Source: a virus
Virus record (IMG/VR): IMGVR_UViG_3300032285_002884
DNA: 64,000 bases
Strand: one strand, 5' to 3'
Part shown: positions 58,664 to 64,000 of the stretch, piece by piece
Numbering within the stretch: position 1 is the stretch's first letter
Layout: each line of letters begins with the position of its first letter
The notes under the pieces: model-generated
Seen by the model: only the letters and a program-made list of their open reading frames with translations
Told to the model about the DNA's origin: nothing
The model's database searches: none
Made by a program: the position numbers and the translations under genes

Positions 58664-59769
58664 AGAAGATTCTAATCACGGGAATGAACGCAGCTCAGTG
58701 CAAGAAAGACTACTTCTTGGTACAAGAACTTCAGGTAGTCCCATCACACTACTCACTCATCCGCTGTCTCGAAGACATGGGATACGAGGTAGAGCAGAGG
58801 GCCGTGGACCTCGGTGAGAACCTCGACCACTACGACGACGTCATCGTCTACATCCACAGTATTCAGTCGTTCTGTCAACGTCTGTACGGTGGTCTCTATG
58901 CCATCTCACAGCGTCCCAACTGCATCATCGCGTTCGACGACTGGCAAGTAGACCAGATCTACTCGAGCTTTGGTCAGTACCTCAAGGACCTCGAGAACGT
59001 CGACAACGGCAAGGCCTTTCGTGAGTACCTGCTTGAGTTGTATCAGGGTGCAGAAGACAAGGAGACCATCTCCTCTTATGCCAGCGAGTACATCGACGCG
59101 GTTCATACTGTCTTGTCAAAAAACAACCGTCTGCTCGTCTCGGCGTTCGACCGAGGCGACCTAGACCGACTCGACCTCGGCTGGGACAAGAGTCGAGTGT
59201 TCCGCTTCAACCCCAACCCATACCACCTCAACCGCACACCCGAAAACAACTACGGTGAGCATGCTTCCATCATGAGCTTCGCCGACAACGACGTGAATCC
59301 CGCGAGCAAGATCCGAGCATGGAACTTCGCCTCGCTGGTACAGAAGAAGACTCGCAAGTGGCTTACTCAGCAGAACGACGGGAGCTGGAGCTGGGAGATC
59401 AACTTCTACGGAGCTCGTCGAGGAGAAGAAGTCAAGCAGACTCGTCTCACTGAGCCCGACATGTGCCGCATCTACAACTCACAGTGGGGTTGCCTGATGC
59501 CTGGATACTTCCACTCCGGTTCTGGCTGGTGGCGCGCTCGCCCGCTTCAGGTAGCAGACGCGGGCTCGATCTTGATCTGCGACGACAAGGAAGGTGCTGT
59601 CTACGGCGAAGCCTATGTCGGACTTAGGACCAAGGACGTCGAGCAGATGTCGCTTGATGAGCTCATCAAGACTGCACGACTCCAGAAAGAGTGTCTGTAT
59701 GATAACCACCCACTCGACAAGGCAGTCGAGCGGGCAGAGCTCAGCGCGATCTTGGAGGCGTCTAAGTGA
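58660..59769 (+). CDS. GT-B DNA glycosyltransferase, distant T4 beta-glucosyltransferase-like
   Basis: By-eye alignment to the T4 BGT N-terminus: VPS..L...EDMGYEV, LDHYDDVIVY..SI..F, and AFDD at the position of the BGT catalytic Asp. It is 369 aa and lies between galE and glf. Confidence 0.6.
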   Translation: MKKILITGMNAAQCKKDYFLVQELQVVPSHYSLIRCLEDMGYEVEQRAVDLGENLDHYDDVIVYIHSIQSFCQRLYGGLYAISQRPNCIIAFDDWQVDQIYSSFGQYLKDLENVDNGKAFREYLLELYQGAEDKETISSYASEYIDAVHTVLSKNNRLLVSAFDRGDLDRLDLGWDKSRVFRFNPNPYHLNRTPENNYGEHASIMSFADNDVNPASKIRAWNFASLVQKKTRKWLTQQNDGSWSWEINFYGARRGEEVKQTRLTEPDMCRIYNSQWGCLMPGYFHSGSGWWRARPLQVADAGSILICDDKEGAVYGEAYVGLRTKDVEQMSLDELIKTARLQKECLYDNHPLDKAVERAELSAILEASK

Positions 59770-60764
59770 AGTACCTAGTAGTAGGAGCAGGACTCTCGGG
59801 ACTCACCATCGCCCGTGAGCTAGCAGAGGCTGGTCACGACATCACGGTGATCGACAAGCGCCACCACGTAGCCGGCAACGCGTACGACTACACCGGTCAG
59901 CACGGGATTCGCGTCCACGAGTACGGCCCTCACCTCTTCCATACCAACAACGAGACCGTGTTCAACTACCTGAGTCGCTTCACCGAGTGGCTGCCATACG
60001 AGCACAAGGTCAAGGCCCTGCTCAAGAGCGGTGAGTTCGTCGACTTCCCTCCCAATAGACTCACCAAGGAGATCGTCGGACCTGAGAACGTCATCGACAC
60101 CTTCTATCGTCCCTATACGAAGAAGATGTGGGGCAAGACGATCGAGGAGCTGAACCCCGAGATCCTCAATCGAGTTCCAGGACGCGATGACGACGAGGAC
60201 AGGTACTTTCCTAATGATAAGTATCAGTTCTTGCCTAAAGACGGCTATACCCAGATGGCCAATAACATGCTCGATCATCCCAATATACGTCTCCGTCTTC
60301 GTACTCACTTCTTGAAGAGAATGCAGGAAGACTACGACCACGTATTCAACAGTCAGCCGATCGACGAGTACTTTGACTTCATGCTCGGTCACCTCGACTA
60401 CCGTTCTATCAAGTTCCACACCAAAGTAGTCGAGGTACCTCGAGCGTTTCCAGTGACCACTGTTAACTTCACACACGACGGACCATATACTAGGATCACC
60501 GAGTGGAAGAACCTTCCTGGACACGGCGACAACCCATACGCTACAGTCTTGACTGCAGAAGAGCCCTGCGACTACAAACATAATAAGTTCGAGCGCTACT
60601 ATCCAGTAAACGATGACATAAATAAAGAACGATATGAGTCATACAAGAAGATGAGCTCATTGAACCCGAAGATCACCTTCATCGGCCGCTGTGGCATGTA
60701 CGTCTACATAAATATGGATCAAGCGGTCAACTCAGCACTCCGAATTGCAATGGATTATAAGTGA
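59766..60764 (+). CDS. glf: UDP-galactopyranose mutase
   Basis: GAGLSG FAD motif, AGNAYD, HEYGPHLFHT, YTKKMWG, DRYF, YTRITEWK, YYPV, GRCGMYVYINMDQ. Confidence 0.92.
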   Translation: MKYLVVGAGLSGLTIARELAEAGHDITVIDKRHHVAGNAYDYTGQHGIRVHEYGPHLFHTNNETVFNYLSRFTEWLPYEHKVKALLKSGEFVDFPPNRLTKEIVGPENVIDTFYRPYTKKMWGKTIEELNPEILNRVPGRDDDEDRYFPNDKYQFLPKDGYTQMANNMLDHPNIRLRLRTHFLKRMQEDYDHVFNSQPIDEYFDFMLGHLDYRSIKFHTKVVEVPRAFPVTTVNFTHDGPYTRITEWKNLPGHGDNPYATVLTAEEPCDYKHNKFERYYPVNDDINKERYESYKKMSSLNPKITFIGRCGMYVYINMDQAVNSALRIAMDYK

Positions 60765-61964
60765 ATGGATATTAAGCACGCGACCATTGTGCCGCTCATC
60801 GGCGGCGAGACACTAGGTCAAGAGCAGGCCTTTGGTAGTCGACCAGACTACCTCATGTCCTACGAGGCCTTCTGGGCCAACGACAAGCACATCGTGAACC
60901 ACTACGACAACGAGGTTCCGTATTTAGTGCTTGACAAGAATATGAAACCGAGTTATAATGTAGATGTGGTCGGCTCTGTCTGTCCATGCGCCGGCCTGTC
61001 TCAGCTGTCTCATGGGTACGGCGACCACAATCAGAATAACAAGTGGATGATCGACACTACTCGATACGTCCTCGAAGACCTTCAGCCTAAGGTACTGTGG
61101 GGAGAGAACGCTCCTGGATTTGCTGGTAAGATCGGTGACAACATCCGCAACCAGCTTCGTCAGATCGGTAAGGACAACGGCTACACGATGTCGGTCTATC
61201 GTACCAAGACTCTGCTCCATGGAGGACCTCAGGTACGTAACCGCTCGTTCTACTTCTTCTGGAAGAGTGACAAGACCCCGATGTTCTCGTACTTCAACCG
61301 CCCACACTCAAAGATCGAGGACGTCATCCTCGGCGCCAAGGGCAACACGCAGCGCGACGTCATCAACAAGAAGACGCCTACCGACGACCCATACTATCGC
61401 TACGTACTCGAGAAGATCCACGGGGGCATCAGCCACCGTCAGTTCTTCGACACCATGGACTCTATGAAGGTGCGTGAGAACGACACTCAGGCGTACATCG
61501 AGCGCCACGGCGATACCTACATGCAGGTAGCTGAGTGGATGTTAGCCAACGGCTTTCCTAAAGAGGCTGAGAAGTGCAAGTACAAGCACGACAAGCTCGC
61601 CGCTGGAGGGTCGATCATGCGTCGTGGGACGATCATACCTAAGGACTACATCGGCGCCTTCGTAGGCCACTATCCGACTAACCTGACACATCCCTACGAG
61701 GATCGCTATATAAACTATCGTGAGGCCATGACGATCATGGGCTTGCCAGACAACTTCGAGCTTCTCGACCCCACCAAGAGCGCAAACCATATCTGTCAGA
61801 ACGTTCCAGTACAGACGGCTGCAGACATGGCCGGTGAGATCAAGAAGTGGCTCCATGGGGAGCTCGAGGAGGTAGATACCGACTACCTATATCAGAACAA
61901 CCTGTCAAGGACATATGAGATTGAAGCAAAGAGTGGAGGAGACATTTCGCAATGGGTAATGTGA
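60765..61964 (+). CDS. C5-cytosine methyltransferase-like protein with degenerate motif I
   Basis: CPCAGLS (IV), GENAP (VI), PQVRNR (VIII), RYINYREAMTIMGLPDNF (IX) and QNVP (X); motif I reads VPLIGG. Confidence 0.75.
   Translation: MDIKHATIVPLIGGETLGQEQAFGSRPDYLMSYEAFWANDKHIVNHYDNEVPYLVLDKNMKPSYNVDVVGSVCPCAGLSQLSHGYGDHNQNNKWMIDTTRYVLEDLQPKVLWGENAPGFAGKIGDNIRNQLRQIGKDNGYTMSVYRTKTLLHGGPQVRNRSFYFFWKSDKTPMFSYFNRPHSKIEDVILGAKGNTQRDVINKKTPTDDPYYRYVLEKIHGGISHRQFFDTMDSMKVRENDTQAYIERHGDTYMQVAEWMLANGFPKEAEKCKYKHDKLAAGGSIMRRGTIIPKDYIGAFVGHYPTNLTHPYEDRYINYREAMTIMGLPDNFELLDPTKSANHICQNVPVQTAADMAGEIKKWLHGELEEVDTDYLYQNNLSRTYEIEAKSGGDISQWVM
60931..60959 (+). promoter_or_regulatory. Intragenic sigma70-type promoter
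   Basis: TTGACA-17-TATAAT. Confidence 0.65.
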
Positions 61965-62392
61965 ATAATAGATGGGAAATGATACACGACAGAGACAGCT
62001 GGCCTGTAACCGGCGCAGTCGGTCCGGTCACTGACTATTCTGCTTACCTCAAGAGCATCGAAGGCGCAAACGGACCAGCTGGTCCTGCCAACGTCAGCAC
62101 GGGTACTGCTATCAGGTACAAGTACGACGAGGGACGATATATAAAAGAGATCACCGAGTACGTCAACGACACGTACGGTGAGCACTACTCACGAAATAAG
62201 TTTCAGGCCACCGAGTTCATCATGGACTCAGGCCACGGCACGGGATTCTGCATGGGCAACGTAATGAAGTACGCCCAGCGATACGGCCGCAAGGGATCGC
62301 GCGAAGACTGGCGCAAGGACCTCATGAAGGTCATCCACTACGCGATGATGCAGTTATACGTTCACGATGTTATTGACAAGGAGAAGAAATAA
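61952..62392 (+). CDS. DUF3310/T7 gp1.7-like putative nucleotide kinase
   Basis: TYGEHY...GFCMGNVMKYAQRYGRKG...DLMKVIHYA. Confidence 0.7.
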   Translation: MGNVNNRWEMIHDRDSWPVTGAVGPVTDYSAYLKSIEGANGPAGPANVSTGTAIRYKYDEGRYIKEITEYVNDTYGEHYSRNKFQATEFIMDSGHGTGFCMGNVMKYAQRYGRKGSREDWRKDLMKVIHYAMMQLYVHDVIDKEKK

Positions 62393-62394
62393 TC

Positions 62395-63366
62395 ATGGAG
62401 ATCAACGTTCCAGTCGAGGAGCTTCGCAAGTACAAGCTCTTCATCGCTACGCCGATGTATGGCGGCCAGTGCGCGGGTATGTTTTCCCGCTCAATCGCCG
62501 ACCTATCGGCACTCTGCACACACTACGGCATCCCGCTTCAGTTCTACTTTCTGTTCAACGAGTCGCTGATTACCCGCGCACGCAACTACTGCTGTGACGA
62601 GTTCATGCGCTCGGACGCTACTCACTTGATGTTCATCGACTCGGACATCGGGTTCAACCCACACGACGTCATCGCCCTCTTGGCAATGTCTGTCATGGAA
62701 GGTAATGAGTATGACGTCATCGGCGGTCCCTACCCTAAGAAGTGCATCAGCTGGGAGAAGATCAAGCTCGCAGTCGACAAGGGCATCGCGGACCAAGACC
62801 CGAACGTCCTCGAGAACTTCGTCGGCGACTACGTCTTCAACCCGAAGGGTAACCAGCAGTCCATCTCTATCTCGGAACCGGTCGAGGTCCTTGAGATCGG
62901 TACGGGCTTCATGATGGTCAAGAAAGAGACCATGCAGCGCTTTGCCGACGCCTTCCCACAGTACAACTATCGTCCTGACCACGTCCGCACCGCTCAGTTC
63001 GACGGCTCGCGCGAGATCATGATGTACTTCCAGGCCGAGGTTGACAAATTAGACTTTGGGGTATATTATGAGAACCAGATGAAGCGCATCAGCGAGCTTC
63101 GTCTGAACGATCCAGATAAGGTCAAGGCTGAGGTCGATAAGGTAATCGCCGCAGCCAACGAGATCAACAGCAAGAAGTCTAAGCGCTACCTCTCGGAAGA
63201 CTACTGGTTCTGCCAGAAGATCCAAGAGCTCGGCATGAAGACTTGGTTCTGCCCATGGATGAAGATGCAGCACGTCGGCACCTACATCTTCGGTGGATCT
63301 CTTGCAGATCTCGCAATGATCGGCGCGGCAGCTACTGCCGACCCAGCTGCCCTAAGCAAGAAATAA
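62395..63366 (+). CDS. GT-A-fold glycosyltransferase-like protein
   Basis: IATPMYGG, NESLITRARN, HLMFIDSDI (DxD), GGPYPKK, GTGFMM, YLSEDYWFC, HVG. Confidence 0.75.
   Translation: MEINVPVEELRKYKLFIATPMYGGQCAGMFSRSIADLSALCTHYGIPLQFYFLFNESLITRARNYCCDEFMRSDATHLMFIDSDIGFNPHDVIALLAMSVMEGNEYDVIGGPYPKKCISWEKIKLAVDKGIADQDPNVLENFVGDYVFNPKGNQQSISISEPVEVLEIGTGFMMVKKETMQRFADAFPQYNYRPDHVRTAQFDGSREIMMYFQAEVDKLDFGVYYENQMKRISELRLNDPDKVKAEVDKVIAAANEINSKKSKRYLSEDYWFCQKIQELGMKTWFCPWMKMQHVGTYIFGGSLADLAMIGAAATADPAALSKK
63041..63069 (+). promoter_or_regulatory. Intragenic sigma70-type promoter upstream of gp45
   Basis: TTGACA-17-TATTAT. Confidence 0.6.
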
Positions 63367-63385
63367 TTGAAAGGAAGACTATATT

Positions 63386-64000
63386 ATGCAAAAGATCAAG
63401 CTTGAACCAAAGACCATCAACGTTCTCAAGAACTTCTCGACGATCAACGGATCGCTGCTCTTCAAGCCAGGAAACGTCCTCGCGACGTTCTCGACGACGA
63501 AGACCGTGATGGCCAAGGCAACCATCGAGCAGACCTTTGAGAAGCAGTTTGCGATCTATGACCTGTCTCGCTTTCTCAGCACCCTGTCACTCTTCACCGA
63601 CCCTACACTTGAGATCGGCGAGAAGTACTTGACGATCGCGGGTACTGGTAAGTCGATGCGCTATGGGTACGCAGACGAGAAGTTGATCATCGTACCTCCT
63701 GAGAAGGGCATTAAGCTTCCGGAAGTCGACGTGTCTTTCAGGCTGACCAACGATGCATTGGTTGACGTAATGAAGGGTCTCGGGGTGCTTCGCCTCCCCG
63801 AGATCGCGGTAGTCGGTGACGGTACGGACATCAACCTCCAAGCCATCGACTCTAAGAACCCATTCTCTGACGTGTACTCCGTCAACGTGGGTAAGACTGA
63901 CAAGACCTTCCGCATGGTGTTCAAGTCTGAGAACATCAAGGTGCTTCCCGGAGACTACGACGTCGAGATCTCGAGCAAGGGTATCTCACACTTCACTGGA
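63386..64000 (+). CDS. gp45: Sliding clamp (partial; runs off the window end)
   Basis: MQKIKLEPKTINVLKNFSTINGSLLFKPG..FAIYDLSRFL..FKSENIKVLPGDYDVEISSKGISHF; SD aaagga. Confidence 0.9.
   Translation, partial: MQKIKLEPKTINVLKNFSTINGSLLFKPGNVLATFSTTKTVMAKATIEQTFEKQFAIYDLSRFLSTLSLFTDPTLEIGEKYLTIAGTGKSMRYGYADEKLIIVPPEKGIKLPEVDVSFRLTNDALVDVMKGLGVLRLPEIAVVGDGTDINLQAIDSKNPFSDVYSVNVGKTDKTFRMVFKSENIKVLPGDYDVEISSKGISHFTG

Noticed and set aside
714-63939. Many minus-strand and alternative-frame ORFs in the ORF track
   Set aside because: They shadow well-supported + strand genes, arise from biased codon usage, and lack SDs or recognisable motifs.
1-64000. Genome-wide TAG recoding (alternative genetic code)
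   Set aside because: Coding density is complete with the standard code, and TAG ends gp23, PAAR, uvsY and others at their expected C-termini. Only one internal TAG was found.
1-64000. tRNA, rRNA or other structured RNA genes
   Set aside because: Intergenic gaps are short and I could not see a cloverleaf or T-loop signature. tRNAscan-SE or Infernal would be needed to exclude them formally.

Overview
A 64-kb segment of a T4-like (T4-superfamily) myovirus genome, with all credible genes on the + strand. Order: baseplate module (partial gp53, hub, gp5 split into three ORFs, PAAR, gp25, gp6, gp7, gp8); large virion proteins; an Asn/Ser/Thr-rich fibre plus a cassette of five fibre-tip/Gly-rich adhesin-like genes with a cupin and a protein methyltransferase; neck, tail and head genes gp13-gp23; gp3, uvsY, uvsW, gp55, gp47, gp46 and peptide deformylase; a ~8.3-kb nucleotide/DNA-modification cluster; and the start of the gp45 clamp. 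The two best candidates for something new are: (1) a T4-gp42-like dCMP hydroxymethylase linked to UDP-sugar 4-epimerase, a T4-BGT-like glycosyltransferase, UDP-galactopyranose mutase and an atypical C5-methyltransferase, which predicts furanosyl (Galf- or Araf-) hydroxymethylcytosine DNA; and (2) strong enrichment of N-X-S/T (NST/NSS) motifs in virion proteins, suggesting virion N-glycosylation. Four AT-rich free-standing endonuclease genes are present. Three share a late-promoter/RBS-sequestering hairpin, and two left relic duplicated gene starts. Near-consensus sigma70 promoters are embedded inside coding sequences of the replication/modification region. All calls come from motif recognition by eye; no database searches were run.
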